Assembly: GCA_001873435.1 (NCBI GenBank)
Contig: MNZB01000002.1
Location: 129,620 to 193,619 of the forward strand
Length of the DNA stretch: 64,000 bases
Direction of reading: 5' to 3'
Source: Candidatus Pacebacteria bacterium CG2_30_36_39
GTDB lineage: Bacteria > Patescibacteriota > Microgenomatia > UBA1400 > PJMF01
Shown in pieces: positions 28,289 through 38,512 of this stretch. The notes beneath the pieces are model-generated. The model was not told where the DNA came from. It did not search any database and saw only the letters and a list, made by a program, of their open reading frames with translations. Position 1 is the first letter of the stretch. Every line of letters starts with the position of its first letter. The position numbers and the translations under genes are program-made.

Positions 28289-29143
28289 CTATAAGAATAG
28301 TAGCATTAAAGCTCCAGCTCCAATGGCTCCTAAGCCTACTGAGAGGTATTTTAGCCAGTTCTCTGGGCCTGTTTGAGGTAGAGTTGATGGCAATGGAGGT
28401 TGAGTTGGCTGAATAGTTACCGTTACGCTGCTAGATGACGATGAGCTAGAGCTACTGGAACTTCCACTGGAAGTGGGTTGTGCTGTAGGTTGAGCAGTTG
28501 GCTGAGAAGTGGGTTGTGCTGTAGGCTCAACAGTGGCTTGACCAGTTGGTAATGGCAAACACTCATTTGCGCCATCTTCTGGACTGTAACAATATGATCC
28601 AGAAGTACAATCAGCATCAGTATCACATTCGTCTGGCTGGGTAGTTGGAGTTGGCTCTTCAGTTGGACTTGGTTCGACGGTAGGCTCAGCAGTGGGAGTT
28701 GGAGTTGTACAGGCAGTCATGTTAGTTGTCCATGCTCCACCAGCAGAAGGACAACAGTAGTTTGTACCACCACATGGCTCAACTCTGCCTCTTACATTAC
28801 ACAAACTTTCAGCTGCTGATCCATCTGCTTCTGGAGGTGTACAGTTTCTTAAAACACCATCATTACCAGGGCATTGTTCAGTACATTGAGAAGCTTGTTG
28901 GCGAATATCTTGAGGTTTTTGTACTTGGTTTAAAGCGATGAAGCCACCGATTCCAAGAATTAAAACTATTAGACCAGCAATAATATAGGTATTGGTATTA
29001 GATTTTTTTTCTTGAGGAGGTTCTGTTTGAACTGGTGCTGCTGGAGCAGCTGGTTGTGTTGGATCAACTGGAGGGGCAGATACTGGTTGCTGTGGAACAG
29101 CGGTAGTTGGTGATGGTGGTTGTTGACCTGTTACATTAATCAT
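28289..29143 (-). CDS. LPXTG-anchored surface protein: N-terminal Pro-rich segment, signal-anchor TM, Cys-rich domain, Pro/Thr repeats, poly-Ser, LPQTG sorting signal
   Basis: C-terminus 'STLPQTGPENWLKYLSVGLGAIGAGALMLLFL' is an LPxTG motif followed by a hydrophobic tail. Repeats 'AQPTSQPTAQPTAQPTSS'. A run of 12 Ser. At least 14 Cys, including 'CPGNDG', 'CNVRGRVEPCGG' and 'CCPSAGG'. Confidence 0.7.
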   Translation of the reverse strand: MINVTGQQPPSPTTAVPQQPVSAPPVDPTQPAAPAAPVQTEPPQEKKSNTNTYIIAGLIVLILGIGGFIALNQVQKPQDIRQQASQCTEQCPGNDGVLRNCTPPEADGSAAESLCNVRGRVEPCGGTNYCCPSAGGAWTTNMTACTTPTPTAEPTVEPSPTEEPTPTTQPDECDTDADCTSGSYCYSPEDGANECLPLPTGQATVEPTAQPTSQPTAQPTAQPTSSGSSSSSSSSSSSSVTVTIQPTQPPLPSTLPQTGPENWLKYLSVGLGAIGAGALMLLFL

Positions 29144-29265
29144 ATGGATAAAATATTTTAATTCCTTATTTAGATTACTCTATAATAAAGAAGTTTGTAA
29201 ATACCTAGTTCATCAGAAGAAAAACATAATAAACTAGATACACTTTGATATAATATAGATTAATT

Positions 29266-29469
29266 ATGGGTTTTAAAGAAAAGAGAACTCCTAGCAGAAC
29301 AGATTTAGAAAAATTTACAGATGATGAAATTGTTAATCGTTTTGGTTTGTTGCACTTGCTTATTTCTCTAACAAAATCACAAAAAAGACATGATAGTGAT
29401 CGTCATATCAGGAGAATTGAGAGATCAGAAAAAGCAGAAAAGAAAAAAGGTACGGGAAAAGAAGAATAG
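29266..29469 (+). CDS. small basic ORF (67 aa, Lys/Arg/Glu-rich), doubtful
   Basis: ORF only. Lies in the 360-nt gap before the large plus-strand operon. Confidence 0.2.
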   Translation: MGFKEKRTPSRTDLEKFTDDEIVNRFGLLHLLISLTKSQKRHDSDRHIRRIERSEKAEKKKGTGKEE

Positions 29470-29503
29470 AATTAGTTTAGTATTTGGTTGTATGATTTAG
29501 TAA

Positions 29504-31249
29504 ATGAATAAATTGATTAAGTTTTGTTTTAATTCTACATATTTCAAGTTAATTATAATTTTATTATTTGCGCTATTTTTAAGATTATTTAGATTATCAG
29601 AGTCCCCTCCAAGATTAACTCATGATGAAATGAGTATTGGTTACAATGCTTTTTCTATAATTAAAACTGGCAAGGATGAGTGGGGTAAGATTCTTCCTTT
29701 GGATTTTGAAGCATTTGGTGATCATAAATTACCAGGATACATATATGCATTGGCACCTTTTTTAGCTTTTTTTCAATTGAGTTCGTTTGTTGTTAAAATT
29801 CCATCAATTTTAGCTGGAGTAGCAGTTGTGATTGGTATTTTTTTGATTATAAAAAATCTCACAAAGAATGATTCATTGTCATTGTTTGGTGCTTTGCTAA
29901 TGGCTATAAGTCCTTGGTCAATTCAAATTTCCAGAATGGCGTTGGAATCTCATTTGGCCTTATTATTTTTTATTTTTGGCTTGTATTACTTGCTGACAAT
30001 GTTTGATTTTAAGAAGAATAATACTAAAAATTTTATTTTCAATAACTATAGAGTCATTCTTTCTGCAATTTTACTTGGGTTAACTTCATATTTTTATGTT
30101 GCTTACAGATTAATAACTTTTTTATTAATAATTATTTTATTTATTTTGTCTTTGAAATATGAATTAAATAGAAAAAAAATACTTATTTTTTGTTTATTTT
30201 TTTTAATAATAGTTTCTCCTATCATGCAGCAGATATTTGGCAAATCTGGATCAGCAAGATTTAATCAAATTTCTATGTTTTCTGATGAGGGGATAAATTC
30301 TACTATATTAGAACAACATAATTTTTGTTTTTTGTCACAGCCTAAATTTTTACCAAAAGTTTGTAGATTGATTTATAACAAACCATTTTTGTATGTTGAA
30401 ACCTTTACAAAAAATTACCTAACTTTTATCTTTCCAAGCTTTCTATTTATAAACGGAGATAAATTAGAATATTTAAATAATCCAGGTTTTGGTGAATTTT
30501 ATTTATTTTTGGTGCCATTTTATTTAATTGGTGTTTATGAATGGTTTAAAAAAACTGGCTATAAAGCAAATTTAATTAAAATTTGTTTTTTGATTTCACC
30601 CATTCCGTCTGCGCTAGCTGGTTATCCTCAAATTGTGAGAGGAAGTGCATTACTTCCATTTATTATTTTGTTTATTTCTTTTGGGATTTTTGAAGTATTT
30701 TCTTTAATAAAGAATAGATATTTTAAAATTATGTTTTATTTATTAATAATATTTTTACTATTAATTTCTTTTATTAGATTTTATGTTAGTTATACATATA
30801 TTTATCCGGGTAAATATGAAACAGCCTTTTATCCGTTGTCAGACAAGCTTGTCGCATTTTTAGATAATCAAGAATCTAATTATGACATGATATATTTTGA
30901 TAAAAATTCTTTTCCTGATGCTCATATTCTTATTTCTTTTTATCAAAAAATAGATCCGCTTTGGTATCAAGAAAATATATTACGTCCTATTAATAAGGAT
31001 GGCTTTGGATTTTCTCATCCAACAAAACTTGGAAAATATGAATTTGGGGAAAATATAGTTGATAATTTTATCTGTATGACTGATGACAAACGCAAGATTT
31101 TATATATTACCAATAATTCTCAAATTATTCCTCAATGGAACTTAAAAGATTTTTCTAATGTTCATATTCAAACAAAAATCTATGATATTGATAAAACAAG
31201 AGATGAGCTTAGGAGTAGTAATAAATTTTTAAGCATCTGTCATGATTAG
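29504..31249 (+). CDS. GT39/ArnT/PMT-like GT-C membrane glycosyltransferase, paralog A (581 aa); very AT-rich gene
   Basis: 'RLTHDEMSIGYNAFSIIKTGKDEWGKILPLDFEAFGDHKLPGYIY'. 12 or more TM segments. C-terminal soluble domain. Confidence 0.65.
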   Translation: MNKLIKFCFNSTYFKLIIILLFALFLRLFRLSESPPRLTHDEMSIGYNAFSIIKTGKDEWGKILPLDFEAFGDHKLPGYIYALAPFLAFFQLSSFVVKIPSILAGVAVVIGIFLIIKNLTKNDSLSLFGALLMAISPWSIQISRMALESHLALLFFIFGLYYLLTMFDFKKNNTKNFIFNNYRVILSAILLGLTSYFYVAYRLITFLLIIILFILSLKYELNRKKILIFCLFFLIIVSPIMQQIFGKSGSARFNQISMFSDEGINSTILEQHNFCFLSQPKFLPKVCRLIYNKPFLYVETFTKNYLTFIFPSFLFINGDKLEYLNNPGFGEFYLFLVPFYLIGVYEWFKKTGYKANLIKICFLISPIPSALAGYPQIVRGSALLPFIILFISFGIFEVFSLIKNRYFKIMFYLLIIFLLLISFIRFYVSYTYIYPGKYETAFYPLSDKLVAFLDNQESNYDMIYFDKNSFPDAHILISFYQKIDPLWYQENILRPINKDGFGFSHPTKLGKYEFGENIVDNFICMTDDKRKILYITNNSQIIPQWNLKDFSNVHIQTKIYDIDKTRDELRSSNKFLSICHD

Positions 31250-32942
31250 TATGTCTTTTAAAATTTCAAAGAAAATATTATTGAGTTTAATAGTAGTATT
31301 TTTATTTTCATTATTCATAAGTCGTAGTTTATTTACCAATCTCTTACCAAGAACAGATGATTTAGAACTACATGGAGCTAGGGTGGCAAGCTATTATTTA
31401 GCTTTAAAACAGGGGCAATTACCTGTTTATTGGGGACCAAATTTATATTATGGTTTTGGTTATCCTGTTTTTCTTTTTTCTTATCAATTTCCATATATAT
31501 TGGCAACACTTTTTTATGTCATGGGTTTTAGCATTGAGATTAGTCTCAATATTTTATTAATAATTTTTATAACTATTGGTGGGTTGGGAATTTTCTATCT
31601 TTCATATTTATTAAATAAAAATATTTATTTAGCAATTATTTCGAGTTTTATTTATCAAACATCTCCATACATACTATTAAATACTTTTGTTAGAGGAGCA
31701 TTGGGTGAAATAGCTTTTTTAAGTTTGTTTCCATGGGTTTTTGTCATGCTAATTCTACGTAAGCATGCCAATAAATGGTGGTATCTATTTTTTTCTGTTT
31801 TAATATTTACGAGCTTAATTTTGTCACATCCTGTTTCATTGCTGGTGGCGATGCCAATTATTGTTTTTTGGTTAATATTCAACGGTTATTATTCTGAATT
31901 AAAAAATGTTTTTAAGAATAAAAATAATTTAAATTTTATTTTTAGTTGTTTATTATCAATTGGCATTTCGTCATTTTATTGGATTCCATTTATTTTTGAG
32001 AAAAAAAATATTGTGATAGCTTCTCACAGTATTATTAATAATTTTTCTTTGAGATTTATATCTTTGAGCCAAATATTTTTTTCAAAATGGGGATATGGTG
32101 GAGCAGATTTAACCAAGTTGCATGATGTTTTTCCAGCCACTCTTGGATTTTCTATTATATTTATAGTCATGTATTCATTTTTTAAAATTTTTAATAAATA
32201 TAAACTTAACAAATTAAATAAAACATTTGATAAGAATATATTTTTTTGGTTAATTATTTTTTTTGTTGCTGTTTTTTTGATGTTATCAATATCTATAAAT
32301 ATCTGGAATTTTTCTAAAATTTTGCCATATCTACAATATCCTTGGCGGTTATTTTGGGTTACAGTTTTTTCTGGAGTAATGATCTTGAATAGTTTGAAAA
32401 GTATCAATAGATATTTATTGATACTTTTGTTGCTAATTAGTTTTCACCATGCGATTTATTATGCAAAACCATTAAGCTATATACACAACTCAGATCATGA
32501 CTGGTTGGAATATTTTGGAACTTCAACTTCAGACAATGAACTAAAACCAAAATGGTTTGATGAAAATAAAAATATTGGAATAGAAAATAAGATAGTGTTA
32601 AATTCAGAAAATGATAACAAAAAAATTACCAGCTTATTATGGACTGGAAGTAAAATAAGTTACCAAATATACCTTGAAGAACCAACTCAAGTAATTCAAA
32701 AAACAATGTATTTTCCTGGTTGGGAAGTGTATATAGATGGCAACAAAACCGAGATAGATTATCAAACAGCATCATATCCTGGTAGGATATTGTATTCAGT
32801 TCCACCAGGCAGTCATCAAATTATTAGTAAATTTACTAATAATACTTATCCAAGAAAAATTGGAATTTATTTTACTTTAATTTCTACCTCAACATGGATG
32901 TTATTGGTAATATTCGCTTTTTTTAATAAAAAACTACGCTAA
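31242..32942 (+). CDS. YfhO-like polytopic membrane protein, paralog 2 (566 aa); very AT-rich
   Basis: 'DDLELHGARVASYYLALKQGQLPVYW'. 'FYWIPFIFEKKN'. 'LQYPWRLFW'. C-terminal 'YFPGWEVYIDGNKTE'. Start overlaps the previous gene by 8 nt. Confidence 0.5.
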   Translation: MISMSFKISKKILLSLIVVFLFSLFISRSLFTNLLPRTDDLELHGARVASYYLALKQGQLPVYWGPNLYYGFGYPVFLFSYQFPYILATLFYVMGFSIEISLNILLIIFITIGGLGIFYLSYLLNKNIYLAIISSFIYQTSPYILLNTFVRGALGEIAFLSLFPWVFVMLILRKHANKWWYLFFSVLIFTSLILSHPVSLLVAMPIIVFWLIFNGYYSELKNVFKNKNNLNFIFSCLLSIGISSFYWIPFIFEKKNIVIASHSIINNFSLRFISLSQIFFSKWGYGGADLTKLHDVFPATLGFSIIFIVMYSFFKIFNKYKLNKLNKTFDKNIFFWLIIFFVAVFLMLSISINIWNFSKILPYLQYPWRLFWVTVFSGVMILNSLKSINRYLLILLLLISFHHAIYYAKPLSYIHNSDHDWLEYFGTSTSDNELKPKWFDENKNIGIENKIVLNSENDNKKITSLLWTGSKISYQIYLEEPTQVIQKTMYFPGWEVYIDGNKTEIDYQTASYPGRILYSVPPGSHQIISKFTNNTYPRKIGIYFTLISTSTWMLLVIFAFFNKKLR

Positions 32943-32970
32943 TTGTATCCACTCTTTTCTACAGGTACAA

Positions 32971-33894
32971 TTGCTTTTAATGACCAATAAACTCTCAGTT
33001 CTAATTCACACCAAAGACGTTGCTGAAACATTAGAAAAAACTTTATCATCAGTAAAATTTGCTGATGAAATAGTTATTGTTGACATGGAAAGCTCTGACG
33101 ACACATTGAAAATTGCCAAAAAATATACCAACAACATATTTCATCATGAAGATGTCGGTTATGCTGATCCAGCCCGTAATTTCGCTATTTCCAAGGCTAC
33201 CAACGAATGGATACTAGTAGTTGATGCTGACGAGGTAATCTCTGAAGAACTAAGAGAAATAATTCTAGAAACAATAAACAATAAAGATTCAGCTGATATC
33301 TATCATTTACCTAGAAAAAACTTTGTCTTTAACAAATGGATTATGAAAACAGGTTGGTGGCCAGATTACCAGCCAAGACTATTCCGCAAGGGCACCGTGT
33401 CATGGCAAGTCGGAGTTCATCGTTTACCAGATATGACAGGTACTCAGGAAAAATTTCCAGCTGAAGAAAAATATGCCATAGAACATGCTAATTATATTGA
33501 TACAAGTCATTTTATTAAAAAATTAAATCACTACACATCAATTCAAGCAATTGAGAGATTAGACACTAATAAACAAAACAAAGAACAATATAGTACTAAT
33601 AAACTTTTTGAGATTTTTGCCAACGAACTAGCTAAAAGATCATTAATGATGAATGGCACTGAAGAAGGCTTACATGGAACATCCTTATCATTTCTTCAAG
33701 CTACCTATGAAGCAGTCATATATTTAAAACAATGGGGTGAAACCGGATACAAAGAAACCAAGCCTGAAGATTTTGGAGCAACCCTAAATCATATTCAAAA
33801 AATTTGGCGCTATTGGTGGGCAGACTACAAAGTTAGACATTCATCTGGACTAACATCCATATATTGGAGAATTAGACGTAAGCTTTATTTATAA
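32971..33894 (+). CDS. GT2 glycosyltransferase (GT-A), member of a 3-paralog subfamily in this window
   Basis: 'LSVLIHTKDVAETLEKTLSSVKFADEIVIVDMESSDDT'. 'ILVVDADEV' (DxD). Confidence 0.7.
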   Translation: MLLMTNKLSVLIHTKDVAETLEKTLSSVKFADEIVIVDMESSDDTLKIAKKYTNNIFHHEDVGYADPARNFAISKATNEWILVVDADEVISEELREIILETINNKDSADIYHLPRKNFVFNKWIMKTGWWPDYQPRLFRKGTVSWQVGVHRLPDMTGTQEKFPAEEKYAIEHANYIDTSHFIKKLNHYTSIQAIERLDTNKQNKEQYSTNKLFEIFANELAKRSLMMNGTEEGLHGTSLSFLQATYEAVIYLKQWGETGYKETKPEDFGATLNHIQKIWRYWWADYKVRHSSGLTSIYWRIRRKLYL

Positions 33895-33910
33895 GTTAAA
33901 CACGAATTTA

Positions 33911-35635
33911 TTGATGAAAAAAACACTTTTTTCCAGTAAAAATATTTTTTTATTAATCATTGCTTTATCAATATTTCTTAGATTTTTTAAGCTAGGCTCT
34001 GTTCCTCCAGAATTAAATAGAGATGAAGCTTCTCTTGGATATACAGCCTACTCAATTTTAAAAACAGGTCATGAAGAACATGGAAAATATTGGCCAGTTC
34101 AAATAGAGTCTTTTGGCGATTGGAAATTGCCTTTATATATTTATACATTAATCCCATTTATTACAGTATTTAATTTGGAACCATGGGTAGTGCGCCTTCC
34201 ATCAGCTTTAGCTGGAATTGGTATCGTTGTTGTTAGTAGATTTTTAATTTTGCAGTTATTTAGAGAGAATAAGTATAAAGATAAGCTAGCAGTTCTAGTT
34301 CCGCTATTATTAGCGATTAGTCCCTGGGAAATACACTTTTCTCACGTTGCCTATGAAGCTCATCTGAGTCTGTTTTTCTTTATTTTGGGCTTGCTGGGAA
34401 TTTTAATTGTAAGAAATAAGCTCATTGAACAAAAAATATTTGATTACAAATTATTAACGATATCTATTCTTTCATGTGTTATCACTTTGCTTGGATATCA
34501 TGCCTACCAAGTGTTTATTCCGCTATTTTTAATAGGTCTAGCGGTCTTATCCAGATCAGAAATCAATCAATTGAACAAAGCTTATGGTTTAAAACAAAAA
34601 TTAATACCAATAATTCCTATATTTTTAATTGGATCACTATTATTAATAAGTGGCGTTAATGGAGCAAATAAAACTAAATTTAGTGGACTTTCAATATTTA
34701 ATTTATCTTCATATTCAAATGAGGTCAGCAAAGAAAGAGTTATGTTGGAATCTCCAAATAATCTCTTTTTTGTAGGAGCGATAAATAAGGGATCTGCTTT
34801 CTTGCAAAAAATTCAAGCAAATTTTTTTGATTTAATTTCACCTGATTTCATTTTTACCAAGGGAGGAGTCAATGGTGCTCATAATATTACAGGCTTTGGT
34901 AATTTATATCCCATATTATTTTTTGGTCTAGTAGTTGGATTGGCACAAATAATTATAAGCACAAACTTTAGTTTAAATATCTTAGGAATATGGATATTAG
35001 CAGCTGCAGTAGCTCCAATGATTACTTTTACAGCAAATCACACCACAAGATTCTCACCAGTGTTCTTGTCATTAGAAATATTATCGGTTTATGGATATTT
35101 AGTAATATTTGATTTTTTTAAAAACAAATTGTCTGGTAAACTATTTAAATTATTTATAACGATCTTTGCTATAGGACTATCCTATAGCGCATATTACTTT
35201 TTAATTCACTACTTTTTTATCTTTCCACACAAGGATGCAGTTCGTTGGTCTTGGCAAATGAAACCACTAGTTTTTCAATTGGATGCAATTAAAAATAATT
35301 ATGACAAAGTCATTGTTCAGGATGAACAGAGCTCACCATATATCTACTTTTTATTTTATCTTAAAATTGATCCACTAACCTTATCAAAAAGAATGGAATA
35401 CTACCCAATTGATTCGGAAGGATTCAGGCATGTAAAACGTTTAGACAATATTTATTTTGAAAAAATTAATTGGGAAATAACTAATTATTTAGAAGAAGGC
35501 AGATTGTTTGTAATTTCAGATAAAGAAATACCAGACTACAATCGTTATCACGAAAGATTCTCTCTTCTAACCAGTCTGGAAAATGAATACGTAGAACAAA
35601 AAATTGAGCTTTGGGAGTATGAACCCTTTCACTAG
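33911..35635 (+). CDS. GT39/ArnT/PMT-like GT-C membrane glycosyltransferase, paralog B (574 aa)
   Basis: 'ELNRDEASLGYTAYSILKTGHEEHGKYWPVQIESFGDWKLPLYIY'. Confidence 0.65.
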   Translation: MMKKTLFSSKNIFLLIIALSIFLRFFKLGSVPPELNRDEASLGYTAYSILKTGHEEHGKYWPVQIESFGDWKLPLYIYTLIPFITVFNLEPWVVRLPSALAGIGIVVVSRFLILQLFRENKYKDKLAVLVPLLLAISPWEIHFSHVAYEAHLSLFFFILGLLGILIVRNKLIEQKIFDYKLLTISILSCVITLLGYHAYQVFIPLFLIGLAVLSRSEINQLNKAYGLKQKLIPIIPIFLIGSLLLISGVNGANKTKFSGLSIFNLSSYSNEVSKERVMLESPNNLFFVGAINKGSAFLQKIQANFFDLISPDFIFTKGGVNGAHNITGFGNLYPILFFGLVVGLAQIIISTNFSLNILGIWILAAAVAPMITFTANHTTRFSPVFLSLEILSVYGYLVIFDFFKNKLSGKLFKLFITIFAIGLSYSAYYFLIHYFFIFPHKDAVRWSWQMKPLVFQLDAIKNNYDKVIVQDEQSSPYIYFLFYLKIDPLTLSKRMEYYPIDSEGFRHVKRLDNIYFEKINWEITNYLEEGRLFVISDKEIPDYNRYHERFSLLTSLENEYVEQKIELWEYEPFH

Positions 35636-35643
35636 ACGGTATA

Positions 35644-36573
35644 ATGGGAATTACTATGGAACACGTTACAACTTTAATAGTTAATTACAACACTCCAAAG
35701 GAAACGGACTTAGCCATCCGTTCGGCTGTCAATGCCACCGCTAATGGCTTTATTCATCGGGTAATAGTCATTGATAACGGCTCCAAAGAACCACTCAAAA
35801 TAGCCAAGGACCTGCAAAATAAAAATATTGAATTAATCCGTAGTGAATCAAACTTAGGATTTACTGGTGGTAACAACCTAGGCATGAGTCATGCAGTTAA
35901 AAACTATCAAACCGACTATTTTTTCCTGCTAAATTCAGATGCAGAAGTTGAAAAAGAAGGCATCCAGAAACTTTATGAATCAATTAAAGATGATCCTAAG
36001 GCTGGAATTGCTGTTTCTAAAATCTACTTTACCCCAGGACTAGAATTTCATCGTCGTAGCTACTCTAGAGCCGAAAAAGGTAAGATCTTATGGTACGCCG
36101 GCGGTAGCATTGATTGGCCAAATCTAGTGGCATATCATCGTGGTGTAGATGAAGTAGATCGTGGCCAATTTGATCAACAAACTACTTGTGATTTTGCCAC
36201 TGGTTGCGCACTTTTTGTTAAAAGAGTTGTTACCGAACACATTGGTATTCTAGACAAAAGATTTTTCCTATATTCAGAAGACGTGGATTTTAGTTTAAGA
36301 GCCAAAGAAGCTGGATACAGAATTGTGTTTGTACCAGAATCAATTGTCTGGCATATGAACGGAGGATCTATTGCAGGAGGTGCCGGATCAAAATTGCAAC
36401 AATATTATCAAACTCGCAATAGAATCTTGATTTCAGCTTTACACGGAACTTGGAGAAACAAACTTACTGCACTTAGGTTTGCTACACAAACTTTTTTACA
36501 TGGCAGTGATGCTGAGCGCAAGGGAGTTATGGATTTCTTTTTAATGCGTTTTGGCAAACAACCAATTGTTTAA
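35644..36573 (+). CDS. GT2 glycosyltransferase (rhamnosyltransferase-like, Glyco_tranf_2_3 type)
   Basis: 'TLIVNYNTPKETDLAIRS...VIVIDNGS'. 'LLNSDAEV'. 'FATGCALFVKR'. Confidence 0.7.
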   Translation: MGITMEHVTTLIVNYNTPKETDLAIRSAVNATANGFIHRVIVIDNGSKEPLKIAKDLQNKNIELIRSESNLGFTGGNNLGMSHAVKNYQTDYFFLLNSDAEVEKEGIQKLYESIKDDPKAGIAVSKIYFTPGLEFHRRSYSRAEKGKILWYAGGSIDWPNLVAYHRGVDEVDRGQFDQQTTCDFATGCALFVKRVVTEHIGILDKRFFLYSEDVDFSLRAKEAGYRIVFVPESIVWHMNGGSIAGGAGSKLQQYYQTRNRILISALHGTWRNKLTALRFATQTFLHGSDAERKGVMDFFLMRFGKQPIV

Positions 36574-37408
36574 AACAAAGAGACATATGGGTAAAAAAAT
36601 CTCAGCCATCATCTTAACCAAAAATGAAGCTCCAATGCTTGAGGTTTGTATTAAATCTCTACATTGGTGCGATGAAATTTTAGTAGTAGATAATGGTTCT
36701 ATTGATGAAACAGTTTCTTTGGCCGAACAACTTGGAGCCAGAGTTTTAAATTTCTCTCATCCATCCTTTGCCAGAAAAAGAAACGAAGCTCTTAAGCATG
36801 CAAAAGGCGATTGGGTGCTTTATGTTGATGCTGATGAAAGAATTACTCCTACCTTAGCTAAAGAAATCTTAGTACATATTGAAACTGATTCCTCTCCAGT
36901 TCTTCAATTTAAACGACAAAATATTTGTTATGGCTATGAATTAAATAATGGTGGTTGGGAAAACGATTTGGTAACTAGAGCATTTAAGAAAACTGCTTTA
37001 AAAGAATGGACTGGACAGATCCACGAAAGCCCTATTTATGATGGAAATGCAGAATTACTTCATTCCCCATTAATTCATTTAACACATCGCAGTACGGAAG
37101 AAAACCTCATTAAATCTGCAAATTGGACAAAATTAGAGGCAGAACTACTTTTTAAGGCCAACGAAAAACCAGTTGCGCTACTAACTATATTCCGCAAAGG
37201 AATTATGGAGTTTTTCCGTCGAGCAATATTTAAAAAAGGATATAAAGACGGCATGGCAGGATTAATTGAAGCAGTCGTTCAAGGAATAAATCGAATGATT
37301 GTTTATATCCAAGTTTGGGAATTACAACAAAAACCCAACTTGCCAGACAGATATTCAAAAATAGATAAAGACTTAATTGATTCTTGGGATAAAGAGAAGG
37401 AGATCTAA
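36551..37408 (+). CDS. GT2 glycosyltransferase, paralog of 32971 and 50724 (shared C-terminal 'WELQQK')
   Basis: 'ISAIILTKNEAPMLEVCIKSLHWCDEILVVDNGSIDET'. 'VLYVDADERI'. C-terminus 'IQVWELQQKP'. Confidence 0.7.
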   Translation: MANNQLFKTKRHMGKKISAIILTKNEAPMLEVCIKSLHWCDEILVVDNGSIDETVSLAEQLGARVLNFSHPSFARKRNEALKHAKGDWVLYVDADERITPTLAKEILVHIETDSSPVLQFKRQNICYGYELNNGGWENDLVTRAFKKTALKEWTGQIHESPIYDGNAELLHSPLIHLTHRSTEENLIKSANWTKLEAELLFKANEKPVALLTIFRKGIMEFFRRAIFKKGYKDGMAGLIEAVVQGINRMIVYIQVWELQQKPNLPDRYSKIDKDLIDSWDKEKEI

Positions 37409-38512
37409 ATGAAAATTTGTCTTTATTCTCCATATTTTCCGAAACACATTGGTGGTGGTGAAAAGTATTTTTTGGATGTAGCTTTTGCTCTTGCTGATTA
37501 TGGAGAGGTTAACTTAGCAATTCCTCAAGAAAATTCAGAATCTTTTGCTGTTATTTATGATCGTTATGAAAAATTTCTGGGCAAAAGCATTTGCCAATTT
37601 AATTTAATTCCCTCACCACTAGGAACTAATAGCTCTTTTTTAAAAAAGCTTTTTTGGACTAGTAAATTTGATTTAATTTATGCTTTTACAGATGGTAGTT
37701 TTTTTCCTAGTCTGGCCAAAAAAAATGTCTTACATATTCAAACACCTCTCAAAAGACAACCATTGTCTATTATTGAAAAAATCAAACTTTCAGCTTGGAA
37801 TTTTATTAATACAAACTCTAGATTTACCAAAAAAATTGTTGAAAAATATTGGCAAATTAGAGTCGATGCTGTTCATAGACCAATGATTGATGTTGAATCA
37901 ATTAAAGATCTACAAAAAACCATTAAAAAAGAAAAAGTTATTTTGCATGTTGGGAGATTTTTTAGACAACTTCATAGCAAAAGACAAGACGTTCTAGTTG
38001 ATTTTTTTGCTGAATTAATTAAAAAAAATCCAACTTCAATGGCTGGCTGGAAATTAGTCCTTATTGGCTCAGTTGAAGACCAAGAATATGCTAGCGAGGT
38101 TGCAAAAAAAGCAGAAAACTTACCAATTGAAATAATCCATCAAATTTCCAGGAAAGATCTGAATGGTTGGTATGCCAAAGCCTCTATTTATTGGCATGCA
38201 ACTGGTTTTGATTTGGATGAAATGGAACATCCAGAAAAAATGGAGCATTTTGGTATTTCAACAGGCGAGGCTATGGCTGGAGGAGCAGTGCCTGTAGTAA
38301 TTAGTTCTGGTGGACAACCAGAGGTGTTAGGGGAAGATTTAACTAATTGGCTGTGGAGCAGTAAAGACGACTGTCTTGCTAAGACATTGGAACTTATTGA
38401 TAATAAAGATCTCTTGAAAACATGGTCAAAGAAAGCCACTAACTCAATTGAGAGATTTGATGAAATTCATTTTAAAAAAAATATCGAGCAAATGATGGGG
38501 AAAATATTATGA
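37409..38512 (+). CDS. GT4 (GT-B) glycosyltransferase
   Basis: 'EHFGISTGEAMAGGAVPVVISSGGQPEVL' is an E-x7-E type motif. Start overlaps the previous stop (ATGA-type overlap). Confidence 0.75.
   Translation: MKICLYSPYFPKHIGGGEKYFLDVAFALADYGEVNLAIPQENSESFAVIYDRYEKFLGKSICQFNLIPSPLGTNSSFLKKLFWTSKFDLIYAFTDGSFFPSLAKKNVLHIQTPLKRQPLSIIEKIKLSAWNFINTNSRFTKKIVEKYWQIRVDAVHRPMIDVESIKDLQKTIKKEKVILHVGRFFRQLHSKRQDVLVDFFAELIKKNPTSMAGWKLVLIGSVEDQEYASEVAKKAENLPIEIIHQISRKDLNGWYAKASIYWHATGFDLDEMEHPEKMEHFGISTGEAMAGGAVPVVISSGGQPEVLGEDLTNWLWSSKDDCLAKTLELIDNKDLLKTWSKKATNSIERFDEIHFKKNIEQMMGKIL

Noticed and set aside
28423-28941. ORFs 28423-28626 (-) and 28726-28941 (+) inside the LPXTG gene
   Set aside because: They are generated by the repetitive Pro/Thr/Ser-coding DNA. 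The long frame ending in LPQTG is clearly the real one.
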